Position numbers and translations under genes: made by a program. Below, piece by piece: positions 18,304-25,835 of a DNA stretch of 64,000 bases. Origin of the DNA: a virus (lineage: Duplodnaviria > Caudoviricetes); IMG/VR virus record IMGVR_UViG_3300022309_000005, positions 8,806-72,805 of that record, one strand, 5' to 3'. Below the pieces are notes generated by a model. It made no database searches. It was not told the origin of the DNA and saw nothing but the letters and a program-made list of their open reading frames with translations. Position 1 is the stretch's first letter; each line of letters starts with the position of its first letter.

Positions 18304-18741
18304 CTACCGCCCGCGGTCCTGCTCGTGCATGGCGCGGCCGATGGTCTCCTCGAGCCGCCGTGTTCCGTCGCCCCCGCCGCTCAGGAAGCGGGCGCGGTCC
18401 TTCTCCGCCTTGGCCCAGACTCCGGCATAGTCTCCGGCGTCCGCGAGCCCGTTCTGCCGCATGTACTCCCGCCGCTTCCGCCGCGAGCCGATGTCCGTCC
18501 CGTCCGTGGCCCGCGTGCCGTCCATGTAGAGGTCCGTCACCACCGCCACCCGGCCGAACGTGTCCGCGGCCTCGGGCGCCCGGTACTCGGACGCCGGGAC
18601 GAGCGCGCGCCGCTCGCGATCCCAGATCCACCGCCCGCGCTGCGGCTTCGCCTCGCCGAAGACCGCCTCGTGGTGTTCGCGGAACCCGTCCGTCACCTCG
18701 TACCGCTGGGTGCTCCGGCTCTTGTGGCTGCGCTCGCTCAT
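18304..18741 (-). CDS. Conserved phage head-module protein
   Basis: DGTDIGSRRKRREYMRQNGL; homolog 54636-55073. Confidence 0.75.
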   Translation of the reverse strand: MSERSHKSRSTQRYEVTDGFREHHEAVFGEAKPQRGRWIWDRERRALVPASEYRAPEAADTFGRVAVVTDLYMDGTRATDGTDIGSRRKRREYMRQNGLADAGDYAGVWAKAEKDRARFLSGGGDGTRRLEETIGRAMHEQDRGR

Positions 18742-19001
18742 GGTGTCGGATCTCCAGTGTTCGGATCTCGACAGCCGCGGCCGAACTGGCAACCAGGGAA
18801 CGGCGCCTCCTTGCACTTGATGCCCACCCATCGGCATTTGAAACCGTGCGGGTTCGGCATCTGGCACCGGCCGCATTGCAACCGCTCGAAGCCGGTGGGG
18901 GCGAAGAGGTCGTGACCGATGATCTGGCAATCGCCAGGACGCAACAGTTCGTCCGGCAATGGCGTTTGACTTGGATCGTTGAGCTGCTCGTGCTCGCCCA
19001 T
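18738..19001 (-). CDS. Cys-rich hypothetical protein (variable slot after portal)
   Basis: Seven Cys; ATGA coupling; replaced by 55070-55381 in B. Confidence 0.6.
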   Translation of the reverse strand: MGEHEQLNDPSQTPLPDELLRPGDCQIIGHDLFAPTGFERLQCGRCQMPNPHGFKCRWVGIKCKEAPFPGCQFGRGCRDPNTGDPTP

Positions 19002-19016
19002 CGCCGCCTGCCCCTT

Positions 19017-21035
19017 CTAGATGTTCGGCTCGCCCATGCGGCGCGCGGCCTGCTGAAGCAGCAGCTTGCGCGCCGTCTCGTCCACGTTCGCGTCCGCCTG
19101 GTTCTTCTCGATCTGCGCCTTGGCCTGCACCTCGGCCTGCTGTCCGATGATGTTGGCCTTCAGCTTGAATTGCTCCTTGGCGATCTCCTGCTGACCCTTG
19201 AGCTGCTGCGTCTGGAGCTTCATCGCGTCGGCGCCGGAGGGTCCGCCCTGTGCGCCGAGTTGCGGACCCGCCTGCTTCGCCGATTCGATGGCCCGGTCGA
19301 GCACCGCCTCGATGTCCGAGCCCCCGCGCACGCCGGCAACCACCCACTGGAGCAGTTCGAGCACCTCGGGGAGCGCCTGGGGCATCGCCTGGATCAGCGG
19401 CATCACGGCGGCGATGAACTGGGAGATGGCCGCAGCAACCTCGGTGCGCTCGTTCTTGAGCGCGTCGAAGTCCGTCATCGCCAGCGACTCGGGCTGGATC
19501 TGGATCCGGTACTCCTGGCCGCGCTGGCGGAGCAACTCGAGCGCCTGGGGCGCAAGCTGCGCGTCCGTCGTGCGCATGACGTTGGAGCGCTCCAGAAGCG
19601 TCGCGTCCTCGAAGCGCCGCGCCATCACCCGCGCTCGGAGCGTCTGCACTTCCGAGGCGAACTGGGCGAAACGCTGCTGTCTCCACTGGAGCCGCACCGA
19701 GCCGAAGCGGGCCATGATGCGGTCTTGCGTCGCGGTCCGCCCAGGCTCCGCCGCCTGCCCGCGCATCACGTCCGACATTCCGGTGATCTGCCGGAGCGCG
19801 TTGATCTGCTCCGTCCTGTACTCACGAAGCGCCATCAAGGCGGAAACGACCTGATCCAGCGGCATCCAGTCCACGGAGCCTTTGAGTCCGCCATTCGTCG
19901 CCAGGGCGGCAAAGTTCGTCACCGGGATCATCTTGTTTTCAGACGAGTCGGTTAGCAATCCCTGAAGTGTCGGATTGGATGCGTCAAAGATGCCCACCAC
20001 CCGAAGTGCGCGCTCCAGCCTGCCGATCCGCGTCGAGAGGTCGTTGATCTCCTTGTAGATGTCCTGGGCAACGCAGTAGTCCGGTTTCGGTATGTACTTG
20101 ACCGTAACCGCGTTGAGGCACATCGGCGCCGGGCACGGGAAGAAGCCTGGCAGCTCCAGCGGATCCGCCTGCCCACCGGACGGGTTGAGCTTGACGCCCT
20201 TGGGGGCGAGGACGGAATCTGCGCCCTCGACGTACCAGAACACCTCGCGCGTGTCCCGCATCCAGACTTCCCACAAGCGCACGTGATCCCACGGGCCGGC
20301 CGCCTCCATGGCGCGTCCGTTCGTCTGACCGGGCTGGTCTTCCTTGCCGGCGACGGGCAGGCGCTCCACCGCCTCCTTTCCGAACCGACGCTGCATCTCC
20401 GGGATGGGCACGTCCACGCCGAACGCCACCCAGCGCACCTCCGGCCAGACGCGCGCCGGGCTCCAGAGGATGTCGCCGTGGTGCACGTAGTCCGTCTCGA
20501 CGCGCTCATTCGGCCGGCGGTACTCGCCGGGCACCGCCGGCGCCAGCTCCGCCCCGGTGACCGGGTCGAGCTTGGCCGCCACGCCCTGGAGCTGGACCAT
20601 CTCGCCGATGTCGTAGCGGATGCGCACCAGTCCGAAGTCCACAAGGAGCGAGTCCTCGAGCGCGCTCTGGAGCGCGGCCCGGAACGTGTCATCGTCGCCC
20701 TGGATGTCGGCGTTCAGGATCCGCTCGAGCATCTCGCCGGACACCCGGGCGGCGTCGTCGGATGGGTCCGCGAACCGGCGAGAGACGGACACGCTCGGGT
20801 CCGATCCGAACATCATCGCCCGGAGGGTCTGGATGTCCGACGTGAAGATGTTCCAGTGGACGAGCGCCCGCGGACTTTCGCGCCCCTCGTCGAGGTACGC
20901 CTTGATGGCGTCGGCGGCGTCCTTCCGCCAGCCCTCCAGGGCCTTGCGCGCAGCCTCGAACTCGCGGCCGATGCGCGCCGCCCACCCGCGCGGATCGTCC
21001 TGGTACTGCGTCTCGGCGGTGGACGTGTCACCCAT
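19017..21035 (-). CDS. Portal protein
   Basis: 672 aa after terL; ITGMSDVMRG...ATQDRI motif, Gln-rich barrel tail. Confidence 0.9.
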   Translation of the reverse strand: MGDTSTAETQYQDDPRGWAARIGREFEAARKALEGWRKDAADAIKAYLDEGRESPRALVHWNIFTSDIQTLRAMMFGSDPSVSVSRRFADPSDDAARVSGEMLERILNADIQGDDDTFRAALQSALEDSLLVDFGLVRIRYDIGEMVQLQGVAAKLDPVTGAELAPAVPGEYRRPNERVETDYVHHGDILWSPARVWPEVRWVAFGVDVPIPEMQRRFGKEAVERLPVAGKEDQPGQTNGRAMEAAGPWDHVRLWEVWMRDTREVFWYVEGADSVLAPKGVKLNPSGGQADPLELPGFFPCPAPMCLNAVTVKYIPKPDYCVAQDIYKEINDLSTRIGRLERALRVVGIFDASNPTLQGLLTDSSENKMIPVTNFAALATNGGLKGSVDWMPLDQVVSALMALREYRTEQINALRQITGMSDVMRGQAAEPGRTATQDRIMARFGSVRLQWRQQRFAQFASEVQTLRARVMARRFEDATLLERSNVMRTTDAQLAPQALELLRQRGQEYRIQIQPESLAMTDFDALKNERTEVAAAISQFIAAVMPLIQAMPQALPEVLELLQWVVAGVRGGSDIEAVLDRAIESAKQAGPQLGAQGGPSGADAMKLQTQQLKGQQEIAKEQFKLKANIIGQQAEVQAKAQIEKNQADANVDETARKLLLQQAARRMGEPNI

Positions 21036-22467
21036 GGCTGAGCCTCTCGTAGTGGGCCTGGAACAAAGCCTCGATGGAGTTCGGCGGCGGCCTCTGTTCG
21101 GCCGGCGGCTTGGCGAGCGCGAACTTCATCGGGCGCGCGGAGCAGGCGAGGTAGCGGAAGGCGTCGGCGGTGTGGCTGGCCCAGTCGTGGACGGGCTGCT
21201 TCTTGTAGACCTTGCGCTCTTCGTCCCACTGGTAGCGATAGGCCCCAAGCCTCCGGAGGCCCTCGGCGCAGCGCGCGTGGACGCGGATCGGCTGCTCGAG
21301 GAGCCAGCGCACGGCCCCGATGCCGTCCACGAGCGAGAGCTCCGGGGCGATGGTGACGCGGCCCGGGTAGTCCGCGGAGAACAACTCCACCGTCGAGATC
21401 CCGGTCTGGAGGCTGTGCGCGCGGGCGTCGTGCGGCAGGATGATCCGGGCGTACTGGTAGCCGCGCTCCTTCAGGATGGCGAGCCCACCCTTCCGAGGAG
21501 CACCGTCCACGACCCGGTCTTCGGACAGCCCGATCCCGCTGTACTCGTCCCAGTCGATGATGACCGGCAGGCCGTCCGCGTCGAGCCGGAAGAACCACAT
21601 CGCGGTCCCGTCCGAGTACCCGAGATCGAAGACCACGAAGACGCCGTCGCGCGGGTGCGCGAAGTCACCGAATCCGCCGCGGGTCCGGAGCGCCTCCAGT
21701 AGCTCACCGTAGACGCTGCCCTTGTCGGCGCGCGGGTACTTGCCGCGCAGGTACTCGTCGATCCACTCCTGGTCCTTGCCTGCGATCAGGTCGCGGTAGT
21801 AGCCGTCCGGCAGGTTGGCGATGTTCTCCGCATCCGGGGCAAGGCCCGAGGGCTGCTCGAACAGCTCATGGTTGTCGGGGCGCTTCACCGAGAACAGCTC
21901 GTAGCCCCAATGCGAGGTGGCCCACGGATTCGTGTCCAGCCACATGCCGGACCACGTCGGGCCTCCGTCGCGCTTGGCCGGGAAGCGCCGTAGGCGCGTC
22001 TGGAGGGCCTCGAACACCTCGCGCGCGATCTCCCGGCCCTCGTTCAGGTAGGCGCCTGTCAACTCCAGGGAGAGGAGCTTCTTCACGTCCCCGGGCCGGT
22101 CGAGCGCTCGGAAAAGCACCTCCGCCTCGAGGCTCGTCCCATCGCCGCACGGCTTGTTGATGCGGAAGGCGAAGTCCGTCTCGTTCCAGGTCCCGAGCGC
22201 ACCCAGCCATTGCTCGAAGGTCCTCCGGGTAGTGTCACGCAGCTCCCGGTAGGTGTTCCTCACCACCGCCCACCGCGTGCATCGCTTCCCCTGCGCGTTC
22301 GGGGCCTGGGCCGCGGCGCGCCGGAGGAGCTCCATCACGCATGCCGACGACTTGCCGGAGCCCACCGGCCCCACGCAGGCGCGCACGAAGGCGTCGCTCT
22401 GCATGAATTGCCACAGCGTGGGCGGGGCGGCGTAGTCGATCAGCATGGCGAGGATCAGGAACTTCAT
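21028..22467 (-). CDS. terL: Terminase large subunit
   Basis: Walker A GPVGSGKS, LELTGAYLNE Walker B, nuclease DLGYSD...PHDA...HTADAFRY. Confidence 0.95.
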   Translation of the reverse strand: MKFLILAMLIDYAAPPTLWQFMQSDAFVRACVGPVGSGKSSACVMELLRRAAAQAPNAQGKRCTRWAVVRNTYRELRDTTRRTFEQWLGALGTWNETDFAFRINKPCGDGTSLEAEVLFRALDRPGDVKKLLSLELTGAYLNEGREIAREVFEALQTRLRRFPAKRDGGPTWSGMWLDTNPWATSHWGYELFSVKRPDNHELFEQPSGLAPDAENIANLPDGYYRDLIAGKDQEWIDEYLRGKYPRADKGSVYGELLEALRTRGGFGDFAHPRDGVFVVFDLGYSDGTAMWFFRLDADGLPVIIDWDEYSGIGLSEDRVVDGAPRKGGLAILKERGYQYARIILPHDARAHSLQTGISTVELFSADYPGRVTIAPELSLVDGIGAVRWLLEQPIRVHARCAEGLRRLGAYRYQWDEERKVYKKQPVHDWASHTADAFRYLACSARPMKFALAKPPAEQRPPPNSIEALFQAHYERLSHG

Positions 22468-22727
22468 CGGGCGCGCGGGTGGGAGGTCGGCATGGTCACG
22501 ATGCCTCGGTGCTCATCCTGCCATCTGGAATAGTCCGTTGCGGTGCGCGACCTTGCGCGGCGGACGGACCAGCCAAGCAGCCGGTATCCGAGCGCACGCA
22601 GACCCAGGCCCAGGATCCAGATCCATCGCCAAGCGCCGAGACATCTTCCGCCGATGTGTCTCGGCGGATACTCGCCTACGCCCACGGCCGAGCAGACGCC
22701 GCACTTCCACGTCGCGAACCCGCTCAC
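22464..22727 (-). CDS. Hypothetical Cys/Trp-rich membrane protein (variable slot)
   Basis: GTGA/ATGA coupling; absent in B. Confidence 0.5.
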   Translation of the reverse strand: MSGFATWKCGVCSAVGVGEYPPRHIGGRCLGAWRWIWILGLGLRALGYRLLGWSVRRARSRTATDYSRWQDEHRGIVTMPTSHPRAR

Positions 22728-22939
22728 GCCCTGCTCCCAGCCTCGGCCATCTCCTCGGCGCGCTCCTCGCCGGGCCGCTCCATCTCGCCGGAGCAGTACG
22801 GGCACCGCTCGCCGCACGCCTCGCACTTGGGTTCCATCTCGGCGCCGCCCTCGCCTCCCGCCATCGGGCCGGCGTTCGGCTTCCGGAGGGCGTCGGCCAT
22901 CATCCTGCGCTTCATGTCGGGGTTGTCGTAGGGCATCAC
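22724..22939 (-). CDS. Small CxxC-CxxC protein, homolog of 58847-59077
   Basis: MPYDNPDMKR...CEACGERCPYCSG. Confidence 0.72.
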   Translation of the reverse strand: MMPYDNPDMKRRMMADALRKPNAGPMAGGEGGAEMEPKCEACGERCPYCSGEMERPGEERAEEMAEAGSRA

Positions 22940-23100
22940 GTCTCCTTGGGTGTCGCGGTGTTCGTCTCGGGCTTCGGCGCGTACTGGAGCACGACCGGTC
23001 GGGCTGGCAGCCGGATCCGAGCGATCTCGTACGCGCGCCGCAGTTGCTCTTCGTACTCCAGCCTGGGCGGAACAGCGTCGTTCGACATATCGATCTTCAC
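22936..23100 (-). CDS. 54-aa hypothetical protein not in ORF track
   Basis: VKIDMSND...YAPKPETNTATPKET*, coupled on both sides; tail shared with 59077-59319. Confidence 0.55.
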   Translation of the reverse strand: MKIDMSNDAVPPRLEYEEQLRRAYEIARIRLPARPVVLQYAPKPETNTATPKET

Positions 23101-23432
23101 TTCGTCTCGCCCTCCCTCCGGATGACGACGGTCAACGCGCCGCCGTCCGCGCCCGCGTGCTCGAGCGGCTGGGTGGGCTTGCCCCAGCCCCGATCCAGGA
23201 GCGCCGACGCGGCCGAAACGCGCGCCGATGGCTGGGCCTCTTCGTTCTGGGCGATCTCGACCAGGGTGCGGATGGCGACCTCGGTGTGTTCCCGCGCGAG
23301 CTCGCGGACGGGGCCGGCAGTCTTTGGCCGCCCGCTTGGGTTGCCGCTTTGGCCGGGCTGGAACGGCCGGCCAACGGGCATCTTCCGTGCGGCTGATTCG
23401 TCGCTGTTAGCTGGCGTCGGGTTGTCCGCCAT
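23097..23432 (-). CDS. terS: Terminase small subunit
   Basis: GRPFQPGQSGNPSGRPK...RVSAASALLDRGWGKPTQ motif upstream of terL. Confidence 0.85.
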   Translation of the reverse strand: MADNPTPANSDESAARKMPVGRPFQPGQSGNPSGRPKTAGPVRELAREHTEVAIRTLVEIAQNEEAQPSARVSAASALLDRGWGKPTQPLEHAGADGGALTVVIRREGETK

Positions 23433-23438
23433 TGGGCT

Positions 23439-23467
23439 ACCATGCATGACCATGCCCTACGTGTCAA
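23439..23467 (-). promoter_or_regulatory. Promoter TTGACA-N17-CATGGT for terS/late operon
   Basis: Exact -35, 17-nt spacer, ATG 6 nt after -10 (leaderless). Confidence 0.7.
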
Positions 23468-23823
23468 GCCCGGCGCTGCCCGAGCCTCGGCGGCGTGGGC
23501 TTCTCGCCGCCCCCGCCGATGATCCGGCCGGTGTTCGTCTCGACGGCCACGGCGCGGTCATCGTAGATGCGGGCGAACCTCGGGTGCTTGATGTTCGTGG
23601 CCTCCAGCTCGATGCCCAGGTGGAGCTTCGTCCAGGCCCGGATCGCGCGCACCGCCGCTGGAGTGTTGGCCCTGGCGCTGAAGATGACCACCTCGATCCC
23701 GTCGTCGAGCCAGCCCTTCACGCGCTCCAGCATCAACGGGATGGGGTCGCCGATGATGGTTGGGCCTCGGAATCCCGTGTACTTGGCGAACGTCCCGTCG
23801 AGGTCGAGCGCATAGGTGGGCAT
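23464..23823 (-). CDS. Stand-alone HAD-superfamily phosphatase
   Basis: Motifs DLDGT, FSAR, K, YDDR. Confidence 0.82.
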   Translation of the reverse strand: MPTYALDLDGTFAKYTGFRGPTIIGDPIPLMLERVKGWLDDGIEVVIFSARANTPAAVRAIRAWTKLHLGIELEATNIKHPRFARIYDDRAVAVETNTGRIIGGGGEKPTPPRLGQRRA

Positions 23824-23872
23824 GCGTGGCATATACCACCGTAGAGGCCGGCCGAAAAGCGCGCACGGGCAC

Positions 23873-23901
23873 TTGACACCGATTCTTAATCCGCGTATGG
23901 T
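23873..23901 (+). promoter_or_regulatory. Strong sigma70 promoter TTGACA-N17-TATGGT of the early cassette operon
   Basis: Near-consensus; GATT-N3-AATC inverted repeat in spacer; conserved at 60470-60498. Confidence 0.85.
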
Positions 23902-23948
23902 GCTGTTCGTAGGGCGGCGCAGGGGCCGCCCGGGATGGAGCGGACGAC

Positions 23949-24167
23949 ATGGCGACCACGACGATGATCAACCCGAAGTTCTACGTCGCGCGCCGTGACA
24001 CCCGCTGGGACGTGTACCCACAGCGGGAACCGGAAACCGTGGTGGCCCGCGACTGGCATGGCTTCTGGGCGTACGCCCCAGGCGTGGGCTGGTTTAAGTC
24101 GCCCGCGTCCTACGTGACGTTCCAAGAGATCACCGAAGCCGAGGCGCTCGCGCTGGCCCAGGCGTAG
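23949..24167 (+). CDS. Early cassette ORF, slot 1 (B)
   Basis: GGAG SD; aromatic-rich 72 aa; unrelated to 60547-60804. Confidence 0.75.
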   Translation: MATTTMINPKFYVARRDTRWDVYPQREPETVVARDWHGFWAYAPGVGWFKSPASYVTFQEITEAEALALAQA

Positions 24168-24187
24168 CCCGCCGGTCCGCCGGCCCT

Positions 24188-24240
24188 CTCGCCGCCCGAG
24201 ACGTAGGGGGCGCCCGGTTCGAGACCGGGAGGCGAGTTCA
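24188..24240 (+). ncRNA. tRNA-like element (acceptor stem, D-like hairpin, T-arm, no anticodon arm)
   Basis: CTCGCC/GGCGAG, GCCC/GGGC, CCCGG-TTCGAGA-CCGGG, 3' TTCA; conserved at 60827-60878. Confidence 0.6.
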
Positions 24241-24254
24241 CGAAGCGAGGAGGG

Positions 24255-24626
24255 ATGAGCATGACGAAGACGACCACGAACAGCCCCACGCCTGGACCGT
24301 GGGTGTTCAAGAAGCTGAGCGATGTTGACCAGATCCGCCGGGTCATCCGAGGCAACGGCGATACGATCAACGTGGCGGCTCAATCCCAATGGTTCGACAG
24401 CTCGACGCCAGAGGCGGAGGCCGACGCGAATTGGCAGCTCATGGCGTCGGCGCAGCAGCAGGCGGAAGCGCTGAAGTCCATCTTGCAGCGCGCCGAGGGG
24501 CTCCGCAACGCTCTGGCGCTGGTCTGCGGCTCCGGCGCGGTGCCGGCGAAGTTGAGGCGCCCGCTGGAGGCGGTGGCCGGCGAGGTCGAGGAGATTCGGG
24601 CGACGGCCGAGAAGGCGCTCGGGTAG
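24255..24626 (+). CDS. Early cassette ORF, slot 2 (TPGPW...ANWQLMASA phage family)
   Basis: GGAGGG SD; TPGPW motif. Confidence 0.78.
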   Translation: MSMTKTTTNSPTPGPWVFKKLSDVDQIRRVIRGNGDTINVAAQSQWFDSSTPEAEADANWQLMASAQQQAEALKSILQRAEGLRNALALVCGSGAVPAKLRRPLEAVAGEVEEIRATAEKALG

Positions 24627-24666
24627 CCCCTCCCCGGCCGCTGACGCCGGGGGACAGGAGACGAAC

Positions 24667-24831
24667 TTGAAGACCGAGAACGACGCGGATCTTTGGGCGC
24701 AGTGGCTAGCGCACGGCAGGGGCGGAACGTGCGCGGCATGCGAGCGCGCGGCGCGGGCGATGGACTACCGTGGGTGCTGCACGGAATGGGTGGCGAAGTT
24801 CGAGGCGGCCGGAGCTGGTCCGCGCTGCTGA
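24667..24831 (+). CDS. 54-aa Cys-rich early ORF (TTG start, not in ORF track)
   Basis: AGGAG SD; MKTENDADLWAQW...CAACE...GCCTEW. Confidence 0.55.
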   Translation: MKTENDADLWAQWLAHGRGGTCAACERAARAMDYRGCCTEWVAKFEAAGAGPRC

Positions 24832-24909
24832 GCTGACCCGTTCGTCCGGCCGGGTGACGCCGGACCACCACGCCAGCACATCGCCCGGTGGCGCGGGCCT
24901 GGAGAAGCG

Positions 24910-25290
24910 ATGAACTACCTGAACTGCACGCCGCACGCTGTTGTCATCTACGACGCCGATGGCAAGAACATCCTCGCGACGATCCCGCCGAGCCAGTGGA
25001 CGATCCGCGTCCAGACCCCGCCCCAGCGCCTGGTCCGGACGGTCGAGATCGAGGGCGTGAGTGTGCCCGTCGTCTCGGCCCAGGACTTCGAGACCGGCGA
25101 GGTGACCGGCGTCCCGCCCTGTGACGAGTTCGAGCAGGGGCGCACGGCCCTGATCGTGGGCGTCATCGGCGCCGAGGCCGTGGACAGCCTCTGGAACGGC
25201 CCCGTGTACGTTACGGACACCGGGCCGGAGTCCGCGGTGCGCGACTTGAGCGGGCGGATCCTTGGGGTGCGGCGGTTGCAGCTCCCGTAG
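24910..25290 (+). CDS. NxTPH-family protein, candidate Crn4-like ring nuclease (anti-CRISPR type III)
   Basis: N-terminal NCTPH and C-terminal RDxxGRIxG motifs; the link to Crn4 is from memory. Confidence 0.5.
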   Translation: MNYLNCTPHAVVIYDADGKNILATIPPSQWTIRVQTPPQRLVRTVEIEGVSVPVVSAQDFETGEVTGVPPCDEFEQGRTALIVGVIGAEAVDSLWNGPVYVTDTGPESAVRDLSGRILGVRRLQLP

Positions 25291-25310
25291 CTGGGGCGGG
25301 GTCGCTGGAC

Positions 25311-25363
25311 GGGCGGCACCGTGCCGCCCGAGACGCCCCCGGGAGGGGGCAGGAGATCGAGAC
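25311..25363 (+). repeat. Double-hairpin spacer; 3' part resembles a solitary type I-C CRISPR repeat
   Basis: GGGCGGC-N5-GCCGCCC then GAC-GCCCCC-GGGA-GGGGGC-AGGAGATCGAGAC; recurs at 61415-61466. Confidence 0.5.
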
Positions 25364-25364
25364 G

Positions 25365-25835
25365 ATGACCATCCCCGCCACAGCAGCCCGCGAAGCGGTG
25401 CTGGCGATTCACCGGCGCATGGCCGCGGCCCTGGACGCTGTCAGAGATTCGGCGCTCGAGGAGCTGATGCCCAGCGCAGCCGCGCCACCGCCGCCCCCAT
25501 TAGAGGGGCCGGGGCTGGCGCAGGCGGCTGCGCCCATGCTGGATCGGCTCTCGGAAATCGAACTCACCGCGAGCGCTCCCGTGGTGCCCGATGCCCTCAT
25601 GGTGCCCATGCCAGTCGGGCAACTGCGCGCCCTCCGACGCGCACTCTCCGCAGAGGATGAACGGGCGCGGAAGGATCGCGCACTTCGCGAGCGGTGGATC
25701 GGTCAGCTCGTGCTGGCGCGCGCAGAACTGGTGTTCGTGAGCCAGGAGGAGGCGGTCCGCCGCGCCCGGGGGCGCATTCACACGGTGGCGTGCGAGCTGA
25801 TCGACGGGACCTCCGAGCTGGGGTCCACGCCATGA
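25365..25835 (+). CDS. Early protein, C-terminal part homologous to 61939-62487
   Basis: Shared EGPGLA...RKDRALRERW...AVRRARGRIH. Confidence 0.75.
   Translation: MTIPATAAREAVLAIHRRMAAALDAVRDSALEELMPSAAAPPPPPLEGPGLAQAAAPMLDRLSEIELTASAPVVPDALMVPMPVGQLRALRRALSAEDERARKDRALRERWIGQLVLARAELVFVSQEEAVRRARGRIHTVACELIDGTSELGSTP

Larger units (their letters stand above)
23140..23824. repeat. 685-bp perfect direct repeat, copy 1 (terS, promoter, HAD gene)
   Basis: Line-by-line comparison with 59738-60422 shows no mismatch; mismatches at 23139/59737 and 23825/60423. Confidence 0.88.

Noticed and set aside
24188-24240. A true tRNA gene or an attP/attL core
   Set aside because: No anticodon arm, only about 53 nt; it pairs with its own 5' strand and no integrase is nearby. 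Kept as a tRNA-like element
23873-25363. CRISPR array
   Set aside because: Repeated units are separated by protein-coding genes of variable length, are not one repeat type, and no cas genes are present
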